A stretch of 42,709 bases of DNA, taken from positions 1-42,709 of the forward strand of contig JAVRLO010000002.1 in NCBI GenBank assembly GCA_031961395.1, written 5' to 3'. Source of the stretch: Thermoplasmatales archaeon I-plasma (GTDB taxonomy: Archaea; Thermoplasmatota; Thermoplasmata; Thermoplasmatales; GCA-001856825). The position numbers and the translations under genes were made by a program. Positions 26,819 to 36,056 of the stretch are shown here, one piece after another (the first letter of the stretch is position 1; each line of letters begins with the position of its first letter). The notes under the pieces are model-generated. The model did not search any database and had not been told where the DNA came from. It was given only the letters and a program-made list of their open reading frames with translations.

Positions 26819-27925
26819 ATGAAATCAGGCAGGACATTGGCAGTAGTGGTAATTATTGTTCTGCTCTCTCTTACATCTGTTTATTATGTAATGGATAATT
26901 ATAATATAAATATCAATCCATTCCAGCAATACTACATCCCTGCAGATATAAATATGTCATTTGCGAGAAATTTTACATTCTCAACATCTCTAAATGGTCA
27001 GGGATTTTATTATTTTTATCTGACTTTACCGCAAAACTCAACATTACAAAAGGGGAATGTTATAATATCACATTCCTCAAATGTACTAGAAAATATATCA
27101 TTAGAATACGGTAGGAAAATTGTTACCATGAAAATTTTTCCAGGTATCGCTTTTGTTAATTTTACATACAATTTTATTACTTACGGTAAAAACTGGCAAA
27201 ATATATCATCAGAATCAGGGACTCCATCACAGATCCCATTATTTTTAAAGAAGGAATACGATCACCCCGAATATTTCAATGTTACGGGGTCGAAGAAGAG
27301 TTATGAAGTAATCAATCCTTCGTTTTTTAAAAATCTAACAATGAACATAACAAAGAATGATACTACAGTGGTTTCCAAATTAAGGGCGATATACAATTAC
27401 ATCGTTCAAAATTATAAATACAACATAACTTATAATCTGGGTAACGTGCCTCTCACAGCGCAACAAGTATACAATGAAAAAATTGGAGACTGCGAAGAAC
27501 TTTCATACCTTTTTGAATCTATGAGCAGGAGTATAGGGGTTCCATCTTGGACTCAATATGGTCTCTTATTACAGAATCAAAACGGTGTTGTGACACTGGG
27601 TCAGCACGCATGGGTGCAAACATATATTCCACTCATAAATGGTTCCGGGCAGTATGTTAACATAGACCTCACGGTAGAGGTAGGGGGTAGGGACCTAGGA
27701 AGAGGTTTTTTAATAAAGTATCCTAATGCCCTGACCGAATGGACAGATAATGGTAATTCAACCGACATGGTTGCTTATCATGACATGCTGGAATATCCTT
27801 CGTTTGGTCTGGGCCAAATTAATGAAAGCGAAAATTATTACGTCTTCAGTTTCAATCAACAGGGTACTATAAACATTAATACTCAACCATTGCAGCTCAT
27901 AATGTCAGAGGCAGATCCTAAATGA
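26819..27925 (+). CDS. Membrane-anchored transglutaminase-like (Cys-His-Asp) domain protein, probably extracellular and N-glycosylated
   Basis: An N-terminal TM anchor is present. The catalytic-core pattern is GDCEELSYLF...GVPSW...GQHAWVQTYI...VNIDLT. I count 14 N-x-S/T sequons. Confidence 0.75.
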   Translation: MKSGRTLAVVVIIVLLSLTSVYYVMDNYNININPFQQYYIPADINMSFARNFTFSTSLNGQGFYYFYLTLPQNSTLQKGNVIISHSSNVLENISLEYGRKIVTMKIFPGIAFVNFTYNFITYGKNWQNISSESGTPSQIPLFLKKEYDHPEYFNVTGSKKSYEVINPSFFKNLTMNITKNDTTVVSKLRAIYNYIVQNYKYNITYNLGNVPLTAQQVYNEKIGDCEELSYLFESMSRSIGVPSWTQYGLLLQNQNGVVTLGQHAWVQTYIPLINGSGQYVNIDLTVEVGGRDLGRGFLIKYPNALTEWTDNGNSTDMVAYHDMLEYPSFGLGQINESENYYVFSFNQQGTININTQPLQLIMSEADPK

Positions 27926-28395
27926 TTATTCCAGCTATTAATATTAAAAGAAGAAAAATAATAGAATACGAGGAACTCGAGAATTACTCTTCAGGCCCAA
28001 TTTGGATCATAGATAACGATGCTAAAATGGGAAAAGAGATGAATATTGCTATCTACGATGATTTAGCCGGTCAATATGACTTGTATGTAGATGGAGAATT
28101 TAGACACAGGGATGATGTAGCTGATGCAATAACCATGGGTGCAAGCAGAGTCACAATTTCCGAAAAAATGGATCGAAGAAACATTGTAGAATCATTATTT
28201 ATGACCGAGAACATAATATTTTTTTACAGGGGAAATCAAGAAAAACTTAACTTTTTCTTGCATGAGAAGGGACAATACATCTATTCTGATATAGAAGTTG
28301 AAAGTCAAGGTTTGTCCCTATTTACTAAAAATCTTAAGTGCGAAAAATGTAATATTATAGTGGAGATAAGTGAGTGTAATGGTGGAAGAAATTAG
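27922..28395 (+). CDS. Short HisA/HisF-like (partial TIM-barrel) protein with degenerate catalytic and phosphate-binding motifs
   Basis: MIIPAINIK compares with HisA IIPAIDL. IWIIDNDAKMGKEMN compares with VDLSNA...G.N. VDGEFRHRDD compares with GGGIR. MGASRVTIS compares with GA.RV.IGS. Only 157 aa. ATGA overlap with the upstream stop. Confidence 0.5.
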   Translation: MIIPAINIKRRKIIEYEELENYSSGPIWIIDNDAKMGKEMNIAIYDDLAGQYDLYVDGEFRHRDDVADAITMGASRVTISEKMDRRNIVESLFMTENIIFFYRGNQEKLNFFLHEKGQYIYSDIEVESQGLSLFTKNLKCEKCNIIVEISECNGGRN

Positions 28396-28834
28396 AAAAA
28401 TACTTCTTTACCTTAAAAGAGCAACAGGCAAATGGGAATTCAAAGAATCTGAACTAATAAATTTGTTATCTATAAGAACGCGTTTTTTTACCCCAGAGCA
28501 AACAAAAGAATTCACAAAAATAGCAATAAATCAAAAATGTTTGAAATATGAAAATGATCTCTATACAATAACTTGTTCGCTATCTTCAATAAATCTACCG
28601 TTAGATTATAAGCCTGATTATGAAAAGATGAAGGAAGAAATTTCAGAGGAAGACATATTCATTGATTTAATAAATTATATAATAGAATACGGGAAAATGA
28701 ATAAAAAAGAAGTACTGATGGAAATAAACAAAATAAGGGAAAACAACCCGCTAATCAGTTCAGAGGTTGCAGCACTTCTTCTGGCAAAAACTAAAGGTCT
28801 CAATATAGACAAATTCCTTGATAAATCGGCCTAA
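28370..28834 (+). CDS. Hypothetical protein (possibly the archaeal DUF2240-like family)
   Basis: 154 aa. The start is GTG at 28370 or ATG at 28379, overlapping the upstream gene by 17-26 nt. The family guess is from memory only. Confidence 0.5.
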   Translation: MSVMVEEIRKILLYLKRATGKWEFKESELINLLSIRTRFFTPEQTKEFTKIAINQKCLKYENDLYTITCSLSSINLPLDYKPDYEKMKEEISEEDIFIDLINYIIEYGKMNKKEVLMEINKIRENNPLISSEVAALLLAKTKGLNIDKFLDKSA

Positions 28835-29566
28835 TTATTTATTTTCACTCTGAGGATCCTTGTTCAGGTAAGAAGCATATTTAGTTGCTAAGTCATATTG
28901 ATCCAATTCCATTGCAATATCTGAAGCTGCATCGAATACCTCTGAATAATTATTGATAAATTCTATTCTGTCATTCTTCTTCTTTAGCTGTGACCCTTCT
29001 TTAACTATCCTGTTTATAGCCCTATCAAGAACTTTTATGGGTTCATCACCGCCTTTCTCCTCAAGCAGAAGGTACGCATAATTAACAGCGGCCTGGGCCA
29101 GCATGTCAAGATTATTTGAGCTTTCGCTCTCCTTCAAACTCTTTTCAAACAGTTTCGAAGCTTCATTGAAATCTTTTGTTATAGTTGCAAGCGATATCAT
29201 CGCATATAACAAATTCTCCTTATCATTCACTTTCTGGAATAGTTCCATTGCCTTTTTTCCGTATTCCTCTGCTTTTTCATCATCCATTTGATTCAGGATT
29301 TGTGATAGCAGGAGATAACTCTGTGCTAATCTTTTTTCATCCTTCTTATCGCTAGCAATTTTCGCAGAATCTTCAGCGAACTTCTTCGCTGCTTCAAGAT
29401 CAGGCTCTTCTTTATATAAATGGCATTCAGAAATTAGTCTCATAGCATCTGACTTGCTCAGTTCATCTTGAATATTTTTCAGATTCTCGTCAAGGAATTT
29501 AATGCACTCCTGAAGCTCTCCTTGATCCTCAAGCTCCAGAGCCTTTTCTATGATCTCACTGTCCAT
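28835..29566 (-). CDS. TPR-like helical repeat protein
   Basis: The product is acidic and all-helical, with recurring A..Y..A/L repeat units about 34 aa long. I prefer the ATG at 29566 (MDSEII) over the track GTG at 29578. Confidence 0.55.
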   Translation of the reverse strand: MDSEIIEKALELEDQGELQECIKFLDENLKNIQDELSKSDAMRLISECHLYKEEPDLEAAKKFAEDSAKIASDKKDEKRLAQSYLLLSQILNQMDDEKAEEYGKKAMELFQKVNDKENLLYAMISLATITKDFNEASKLFEKSLKESESSNNLDMLAQAAVNYAYLLLEEKGGDEPIKVLDRAINRIVKEGSQLKKKNDRIEFINNYSEVFDAASDIAMELDQYDLATKYASYLNKDPQSENK

Positions 29567-30218
29567 TGGATACCACACTTATAGCACTTTTTAGATGATT
29601 AATATTTTCCTTTATTTTACCATTAAATATACTTGAAGCACTTATAATCAGATCAGGTCCGAATTCAGCTACTTTTTTTATGTTATCCAAATTAATACCT
29701 CCATCAATTCCTATCAGATAATCCAATCCATTCTGCTCCCTGAACTGCCTTAGTATACTTATCTTTGGTAGTGATTCCTCAATCAATCTTTGCCCTGAGA
29801 ATCCTGGCTCAACTGACATAATTAAAACAAATTTTATATCAGGTAGAAATTTTTCTATAATGTATGGCTGAGTGGAAGGCTTAATAGACAGACCAGGCAT
29901 AACACCATATCCCTCAATATCTTTTATTACTTTTATCGTCTGAACGGGGGCCTCGTAATGAAAGGTTAATATTTTTGAAAATGAAGAATATCTATCAAGA
30001 AATTTATCAGGATTGTCAACCATAAGATGGGTATCAATATTTATTTTAAATTTTCTGGAAATAGATTGCCCCAGAGGTATTCCAAAAGTCAAATTGGGGA
30101 CGAAATGTCCATCCATGACATCAAGATGCAACCATTTAATCCCTGACTCTATAACCTCAGATATATCCCTTTCTAGGTTGAGTAAATCCGCTGAAAGAAT
30201 AGAAGCTGAGAGATCCAT
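29556..30218 (-). CDS. rpe: Ribulose-phosphate 3-epimerase
   Basis: Motifs SILSADLLNLERD, WLHLDVMDGHFVPN, HLMV and MSVEPGFSGQ are present. The true start is probably the ATG at 30218 (MDLSASIL). The track's 36-aa N-terminal extension would collide with the divergent lrp gene. Confidence 0.9.
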   Translation of the reverse strand: MDLSASILSADLLNLERDISEVIESGIKWLHLDVMDGHFVPNLTFGIPLGQSISRKFKINIDTHLMVDNPDKFLDRYSSFSKILTFHYEAPVQTIKVIKDIEGYGVMPGLSIKPSTQPYIIEKFLPDIKFVLIMSVEPGFSGQRLIEESLPKISILRQFREQNGLDYLIGIDGGINLDNIKKVAEFGPDLIISASSIFNGKIKENINHLKSAISVVSNGQ

Positions 30219-30304
30219 GGTAAAACATGAATTCAAATCATAAAAATCTGTCTTAGAATGTTTTTTATACAAAATTTCTAAATACTTACAGAAAATAATA
30301 AAGA

Positions 30305-30769
30305 ATGAAAGTAAAATATGATTCACTCGATATAAAAATTCTAAATGTTTTAAAGGATGATGCTACAATGGGTTACTCTGAGATTTCAAAAAAAGTTAAA
30401 TCTCCATCAACCACTGTTTTTCAGAGAGTAAAAAGATTGAAGGATAGAGAAATTATAAAAAAAATAGTTCCGATTATAGACTATGAAAGAATGGATTATA
30501 AAATTACAGCCTACATTAAATTATCTGTGATCGATATTAAGGAACTTGATAGGATTGCTAAGGAATTGTCAAAATTTGATGAAGTGATGGATATCCATCA
30601 TATAACTGGTGACAACAACATCCTTCTAAAAATAAAAGTGAAGGATAATTCAGAGATGAAAGATTTTGAAATTGAGAAGATAGGATCAATCAAAGGAATA
30701 AAAAATATAGAAACAATGATAAGTATAGGTAATTACAAAGAAGACCCAAATATAAGGTTGAAAGCTTAA
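30305..30769 (+). CDS. Lrp/AsnC family transcriptional regulator
   Basis: LDIKILNVLKDDATMGYSEISKKV is the HTH region, followed by a C-terminal RAM-type domain. 154 aa. Confidence 0.85.
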   Translation: MKVKYDSLDIKILNVLKDDATMGYSEISKKVKSPSTTVFQRVKRLKDREIIKKIVPIIDYERMDYKITAYIKLSVIDIKELDRIAKELSKFDEVMDIHHITGDNNILLKIKVKDNSEMKDFEIEKIGSIKGIKNIETMISIGNYKEDPNIRLKA

Positions 30770-31609
30770 ATGATTGAAATAGAAGGATTAAAGAAAAAAT
30801 ATTCAAGAGATTTCTACGCTCTAAAAGGAATTTATCTTAAATTAGACAAAAGGGTAACGACAATAATAGGACGCAATGGAGCAGGAAAAACAACACTAAT
30901 CAGAATACTATCTACACAGCTATTCCCTACAGAGGGAACTGCCAAAATAATGGGATATGACATCATAAGAGAAACAAAGAAGGTAAGAGAGATAATAAGC
31001 AGTATACCACAGGAAGCCCAACCTATAGGAATTCTATCCCCTTTAGAGCAGATCAAGCTTTATCTCATCGCAAAGGGATTCACGTCGCAGCAGGCTACCA
31101 AGGCCGCCAGGGAAGCTTTAGAAGAGCTTGATATGGATGATTTCAGAAATTCTCCATCGGATACTCTTTCCGGCGGAATGAAAAGAAAAGTTTTTGTAGC
31201 TATGGCACTTGCATCAAATTCAGATGTCATTTTCCTTGATGAACCTACAACAGGTCTCGATCCGCTTTCAAGAATAGAAGTATGGGCTGCCATTAAAAGA
31301 CTGAAGTCAAAAATTATTCTCACAACCCACTATATGGAGGAAGCGCAAGAATTATCTGATGTGGTTGCTGTTATCGATTCTGGGAAAGTGATATCATATG
31401 GGAGAATAAATGAACTTTTGAAAAACTATGAGAACAAGGTCAGGGCGGAGAAGACAGATGGAGAACTGTACGACATTAAAATTGGAAATATTGCTATAAA
31501 ATATATTTCAAAAGAAGATGTAGAGAGATTCCTAGAAATGGGTTATGATATTAAAAGAATAAGTCTAGACGATATTTTCCTTTCCAGGGGTGTATCCCTT
31601 GAATCTTAG
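30770..31609 (+). CDS. ABC transporter ATP-binding protein
   Basis: Walker A is GRNGAGKTT, the signature motif is LSGGMKRK and Walker B is IFLDEPTTGLD. The gene starts on the nucleotide after the lrp stop. Confidence 0.9.
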   Translation: MIEIEGLKKKYSRDFYALKGIYLKLDKRVTTIIGRNGAGKTTLIRILSTQLFPTEGTAKIMGYDIIRETKKVREIISSIPQEAQPIGILSPLEQIKLYLIAKGFTSQQATKAAREALEELDMDDFRNSPSDTLSGGMKRKVFVAMALASNSDVIFLDEPTTGLDPLSRIEVWAAIKRLKSKIILTTHYMEEAQELSDVVAVIDSGKVISYGRINELLKNYENKVRAEKTDGELYDIKIGNIAIKYISKEDVERFLEMGYDIKRISLDDIFLSRGVSLES

Positions 31610-32318
31610 ATTTGTTTCATATTTTGCCTGGTACTATGGATTTTATATTATAAAGAGAGGTCCCTCTTATCTGATAGCCTCCTTATCTCTCCCTCTTACT
31701 CTATTGTTTATGGTTACGATACTATCCAGGGGTCAGCTAATTTCATACGCTCTCATAGGTGGTTTTGTGTCAATAGTAGCATCAAACTGTATAAATGGAG
31801 CGGGTGACGCAGCTTTTTTTAGGCTACAGATAAAGATTCAGGACTTATTCGTACCAACAAAAATAACACCTGATGACTATATGCTAGGTCTAACCTTGAG
31901 TTACCTTGTTTTTTCGCTTCCAGGGATTATACTTTATGCCATTCTTGGAATATATTTTAAAATATTCACAATATCAGCGGTTATTCCGATAATTCTAGTA
32001 CTAATTGCAGTTACAATTTCCGTTTCTAACATAGCTTTTATTATCGCTGGAATTCTTAAGCATATAAGAAATGTATGGGGAATAACTGCCGTCCTTTCAA
32101 TTGTTATGACAGTCCTCCCTCCAACTTTTTATCCGTATACCTTTATTCCTAAACCTGTCCTTTACATACTTTCAGCATCACCGGTAACACCTGCAGCCGT
32201 ACTGCTTCAGGGATTTCTTGGCCTAGAGCCCATTATCTGGAACATGGTATACATATTGATATTTGAAACTGCTATACTATTAATTTTGGGAAGAAGTTTC
32301 ATAAAATGGAGAGAATGA
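31590..32318 (+). CDS. ABC-2 type transporter permease
   Basis: 242 aa with about 6 TM segments. GTG start overlapping the ATPase gene by 20 nt. Confidence 0.7.
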   Translation: MYPLNLRFVSYFAWYYGFYIIKRGPSYLIASLSLPLTLLFMVTILSRGQLISYALIGGFVSIVASNCINGAGDAAFFRLQIKIQDLFVPTKITPDDYMLGLTLSYLVFSLPGIILYAILGIYFKIFTISAVIPIILVLIAVTISVSNIAFIIAGILKHIRNVWGITAVLSIVMTVLPPTFYPYTFIPKPVLYILSASPVTPAAVLLQGFLGLEPIIWNMVYILIFETAILLILGRSFIKWRE

Positions 32319-32378
32319 ATTGCCAAATTATTTTTTAATGAAAAGAAAGTAGTATATCTTAATTCTTTATGCCAAACT

Positions 32379-32762
32379 ATGGGATTAAAAGAACTTAATT
32401 ATGATAATATACTTGCAGAAGTAAAAAAAATAGTGAAGAAATATATTATGAAAAGTCACCCTATAGGACTTACAAATTCATATTTTGATGTAAGTACCGG
32501 CGCCTTTTGGGTTGAAGGTGGTAAATACATAACAATGAATGCAAATATTCTGGATGCAATGGATAAAATGCAAAAGAGCAGATTGGAAAAAGAGGCCTTG
32601 GTAAAGGTATTGCTTATGCAAGAATACATTCATTCGCTTGGAAATGAGGACGAAGTTGTCACAAGAAATATTACAAAGGATATAATTGGAAGGGAATTTG
32701 GAACTGAAAGTCTGGAATTCAAACTTTCGGATGATGGTCCATGGCTTTGTACCCAGAATTAA
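32379..32762 (+). CDS. Hypothetical protein with degenerate zincin-like motif
   Basis: 127 aa, soluble. LLMQEYIHSLGNEDE resembles HExxHxxG with the first His replaced by Gln. Confidence 0.5.
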   Translation: MGLKELNYDNILAEVKKIVKKYIMKSHPIGLTNSYFDVSTGAFWVEGGKYITMNANILDAMDKMQKSRLEKEALVKVLLMQEYIHSLGNEDEVVTRNITKDIIGREFGTESLEFKLSDDGPWLCTQN

Positions 32763-32880
32763 CATCATATCTAGGATACGTGAGTAATAAGATAAATGTT
32801 GTAACAAATTTTGATTCGGAGAATACAAATTATATCATGTAGAGCGATAAGTTTTTCTTGAAAAATATATAGGTGTAAAT

Positions 32881-33186
32881 GCCGGGCTGGCCGGGAGGAT
32901 AGGCGTCTCCTACTACCCGAAACCGTCTATACGCGGGGGCGACAGCCGGTAAAGGAGGCAACTGTTACCGGGTATGCCCTTGTGATCCGCTGAGGGTCTG
33001 TCCCTTCGGATCCAAGTACCATCTGATCTTTCCGGAGGGAAATTCCAGATGGCTTATCACGGGAATCCGCCAGGACCGGAAGGGAGCAACGGTTACGTGG
33101 ACTTTGGATGCTGAAGGGGGAACGGAGCTGAGGATCACAAGGGGGAAGTATTCGATTAACTGCCCTTCGATACCGGTGGCCCGGCT
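32881..33186 (+). ncRNA. ffs: Signal recognition particle RNA (archaeal 7S RNA)
   Basis: A ~306-nt GC-rich island sits in an AT-rich genome. The 5' GCCGGGC pairs with the 3' GCCCGGC. The conserved helix-8 motif CAGGACCGGAAGGGAGCAACGG (~33070-33092, GGAA tetraloop) is in the plus orientation. Confidence 0.9.
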
Positions 33187-33190
33187 TAAA

Positions 33191-33200
33191 TTTATATATA
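33191..33200 (+). promoter_or_regulatory. Consensus archaeal TATA box for the HD-domain gene
   Basis: TTTATATATA is centred about 25 nt upstream of the TTG start at 33220, only 5 nt after the SRP RNA 3' end. Confidence 0.5.
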
Positions 33201-33219
33201 AAATAACACTGTTTATACG

Positions 33220-34329
33220 TTGAAAAAGCAGAAAATAATACATGACTCAATTTACGGAAGTATAAAGCTGGGAGAAATGGTCTCAGATATTATATCTACC
33301 AGGGAATTTCAAAGACTGAACTCTGTAAAACAATTAGGATTTTCATATCTTGTTTTCCCAGGTGCCACACATACCAGATTCGAGCATTCATTAGGGACCT
33401 ATTATCTCACTTATGAGGCAGCAAGAAATTTAGAACTGGAGCAGGAGGATATAGAAGCGGCATCATTGGCCGGATTAATGCACGATATAGGTCATGGACC
33501 ATTTTCTCATACCACAGAGGATGCAATGAAAAAATTATATGGAATGGATCATCTTGACATTTCTATCGGTATAATATCTGGAAAAATTGGAACTGGAAGA
33601 ATCTCAAATATAATATCTAATTATCTCGAAAAAGTAATAAATATTCTCAAGGGGAAAGAGGGCATCCTCAGCAGGCTTATTTCTGGCAACGGAGATATGG
33701 ACCAGATAGATTATCTTGCAAGGGATTCTTATTATACAGGCGTTGCTCTTGGAATGGTTGATAGTTCAAGAATCCTCAACACAATTGCAGTAGCTAACAA
33801 AGAATTCTGTGTAATGGAAAAAGGGCTTCCAGCAATGGAAGGTCTTATGCTAGCTAGAATGCTAATGTACAGGACTGTTTACAGGCATAGAACATCTCTT
33901 GTGGCATCAGTCCTAGCTAACGAAGCGCTTGAAATTATTTCGCCTCCACTTGAGGAATTTGTTGAATGGAATGACTATGACTTTATGGCAGAAATGAAAA
34001 AAAATGAGAAAACAAGAGATATTTATGATATGCTAAAATTCAGAAATTTACCTTCCGGGCTAACACTGAACCTGGAAGAAAAATATTTTGATAGTATAGT
34101 CTCAGGTATAATGGACAAAATAACATATCATAAATATTTCAAATCTCCTTATAAAAGAGAAGTGGTCAAGATTTTGGTTCGAGGAGAAATGAAGCCTATC
34201 ACTGAAGAATCAGGCATAATGGAATACCTTGAGAGAGAACTTACAGGAACAGGTCTCCTGGTATTTGATAAAAGCAATGGTGATTATATTAAGAAATATC
34301 TGGACAAGCAGGATGTGAAATATCAATAG
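33220..34329 (+). CDS. HD-domain phosphohydrolase (dGTPase/SAMHD1-like, COG1078-type)
   Basis: Motifs IHDSIYGSI, HTRFEHSLGT and HDIGHGPFSH are present. The apparent start is TTG, and no in-frame ATG lies upstream of the conserved N-terminus. Confidence 0.8.
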   Translation: MKKQKIIHDSIYGSIKLGEMVSDIISTREFQRLNSVKQLGFSYLVFPGATHTRFEHSLGTYYLTYEAARNLELEQEDIEAASLAGLMHDIGHGPFSHTTEDAMKKLYGMDHLDISIGIISGKIGTGRISNIISNYLEKVINILKGKEGILSRLISGNGDMDQIDYLARDSYYTGVALGMVDSSRILNTIAVANKEFCVMEKGLPAMEGLMLARMLMYRTVYRHRTSLVASVLANEALEIISPPLEEFVEWNDYDFMAEMKKNEKTRDIYDMLKFRNLPSGLTLNLEEKYFDSIVSGIMDKITYHKYFKSPYKREVVKILVRGEMKPITEESGIMEYLERELTGTGLLVFDKSNGDYIKKYLDKQDVKYQ

Positions 34330-34362
34330 CAAATCATTTAAGGTTACTGTAAATAAAGTGTT

Positions 34363-34923
34363 GTGCTGATACCCATAGGAAAAAGGGCTAATGAGTTATT
34401 CCAAAAAGACACTCTTACGTATATGTCTTATCCTGAAAAGGAAGTATATCTCTGTTTCCTGCCTGAAATTTCTGGCCAGGACGAAAATATGTTAATAAAT
34501 TCAGCAAACAATTTCCTGATATTGATATATCCAATGGGGGAAGAATTTTCAGAAAGGATATCCATAAGCAAAGGGATACTGGAAAGGCTCCAAAGAAGGC
34601 ATTCTAAGCTTATAATGTATGATGACGATATGAAAAAATTTCCTCATTATTCATTTACAAAGCTTATGGATATTAGGGAGCATATCATTTACCTCCTTCA
34701 CTGGGCCTTTGTTCAGAAGAGTGATCTATTCCTGGGGAAAGATGCCATTGGGGCCTCATATTCAAAAATAAAGTACGATCCATTTACTACTATTGAAAAC
34801 ATAAGATTTTTACCATGGTACAGAGAAGGGAAGGAGATGATATTTTCATTTTCCAAATTCGAAGTAGGGAATAAGATAAATCCAGACTTGGATGAAATAT
34901 TCATAGTTACATTCAATGAGTAA
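34363..34923 (+). CDS. Hypothetical protein
   Basis: 186-aa ORF with no recognisable motif. The start is uncertain: GTG at 34363 or ATG at 34423. Confidence 0.45.
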   Translation: MLIPIGKRANELFQKDTLTYMSYPEKEVYLCFLPEISGQDENMLINSANNFLILIYPMGEEFSERISISKGILERLQRRHSKLIMYDDDMKKFPHYSFTKLMDIREHIIYLLHWAFVQKSDLFLGKDAIGASYSKIKYDPFTTIENIRFLPWYREGKEMIFSFSKFEVGNKINPDLDEIFIVTFNE

Positions 34924-34979
34924 ATGTTTTCCTTTAAAATTCAAAGAAAAATAAATTAAGGTATATTGACTGTTGTTAT

Positions 34980-36056
34980 ATGAACGCCGAAAAGTTATTT
35001 GATATGAACCAGAATGTAGAAGGAATTTTAATTTACAACGGTGGGGAAGAAGCATCTGATGCATCATTTTTTTATTTTACGCAACTTACAAGAGGATTGT
35101 TTGAAGGATCCTATGTATTTCTAACGAGGAAAGAACTTAAGGTCATCACGAGCCAGCTGGAAGAACAGACTGCTAAATCAGAGGATATTGATGTTCTGGT
35201 GTTTACATCCAACAAGGATAAGAATTCAATCCTTAAGGAGCTGACAGAGGATAAGACATTCATAGGCTTAAATTATGCAGGCTTATCCTACAAGGATTTC
35301 ATAAATCTCAAGGAAATATTACCAGATAAGGAGTTCATAGATGTTGGCGATTCCATAATGAATCTCAGACAGGTGAAGACTGATAAGGAGATCAATAAAA
35401 TAAGAGAGGCTGCAAAGATTGTCTCTGAAGTGGCGGAGGTAATACCTGATAAGCTGAAAGAAGGAATGGAGGAGAATGAACTTGCTGCATTGGTCAACTA
35501 TGAGATGATGAAGAGAGGGGCTTCATCACCAAGTTTTGATACAATTGCTGCATTCGGGCCTGATACTGCAGAACCGCACTTCACAGGCGGTAGCAGAAAG
35601 CTCAAAAAAGGGGATGTTGTACTCATAGATTTTGGTGCTAAGTATGAAAGATACTGTTCAGATATGACGAGGACCTTTTTCTTTGGAAAGCCAGATAAGG
35701 AAATGATAGATGTATACAATACAGTTCTGGAAGCTCAAATCGCTGGGATAAAGGCAATTTCAGAAGGTAAAAATGGGAAGGAAGTTGATAGGGAAGCCAG
35801 AAAAATAATAGATTCATCAAGATTCAACGGCAGGTTTATTCATAGCCTTGGCCATGGCGTTGGTCTAAATGTTCACGATCATCCTGCTCTCTCTCCAAGC
35901 TATGACTTTTTCTTAAAGGAAAATATGGTTGTTACGGTGGAGCCGGGTATTTATTTAACTGGGAAGGGTGGTGTGAGAATTGAAGATGACGTTGTTGTTA
36001 AAAAAGATGGATGCGAGGTTTTAACGTCAGCTCCAAAGGATTTACAAATAATATGA
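34980..36056 (+). CDS. pepQ: M24-family Xaa-Pro aminopeptidase/dipeptidase
   Basis: The metal ligand pattern is D(FGAKYERYCS)D, HSLGHGVGL, VEPGIY and RIEDDV. Confidence 0.85.
   Translation: MNAEKLFDMNQNVEGILIYNGGEEASDASFFYFTQLTRGLFEGSYVFLTRKELKVITSQLEEQTAKSEDIDVLVFTSNKDKNSILKELTEDKTFIGLNYAGLSYKDFINLKEILPDKEFIDVGDSIMNLRQVKTDKEINKIREAAKIVSEVAEVIPDKLKEGMEENELAALVNYEMMKRGASSPSFDTIAAFGPDTAEPHFTGGSRKLKKGDVVLIDFGAKYERYCSDMTRTFFFGKPDKEMIDVYNTVLEAQIAGIKAISEGKNGKEVDREARKIIDSSRFNGRFIHSLGHGVGLNVHDHPALSPSYDFFLKENMVVTVEPGIYLTGKGGVRIEDDVVVKKDGCEVLTSAPKDLQII

Noticed and set aside
30219-30326. 36-aa N-terminal extension of rpe in the ORF track
   Set aside because: The conserved Rpe N-terminus begins at MDLSASILSADL (ATG at 30218). 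The extension would overlap the divergent lrp start and remove any promoter space.
32861-32871. AAAAATATATA as the SRP RNA promoter
   Set aside because: It lies only 10-20 nt upstream of the 5' end required for the terminal helix, which is too close for the usual spacing of about 25 nt. I therefore do not call an SRP RNA promoter. The true TSS or any processing needs experimental mapping.
32927-33250. Two overlapping minus-strand ORFs (107 and 92 aa) in the ORF track
   Set aside because: They lie entirely inside the GC-rich SRP RNA gene. Their Arg/Pro/Ser-rich translations are typical of spurious frames through structured RNA.
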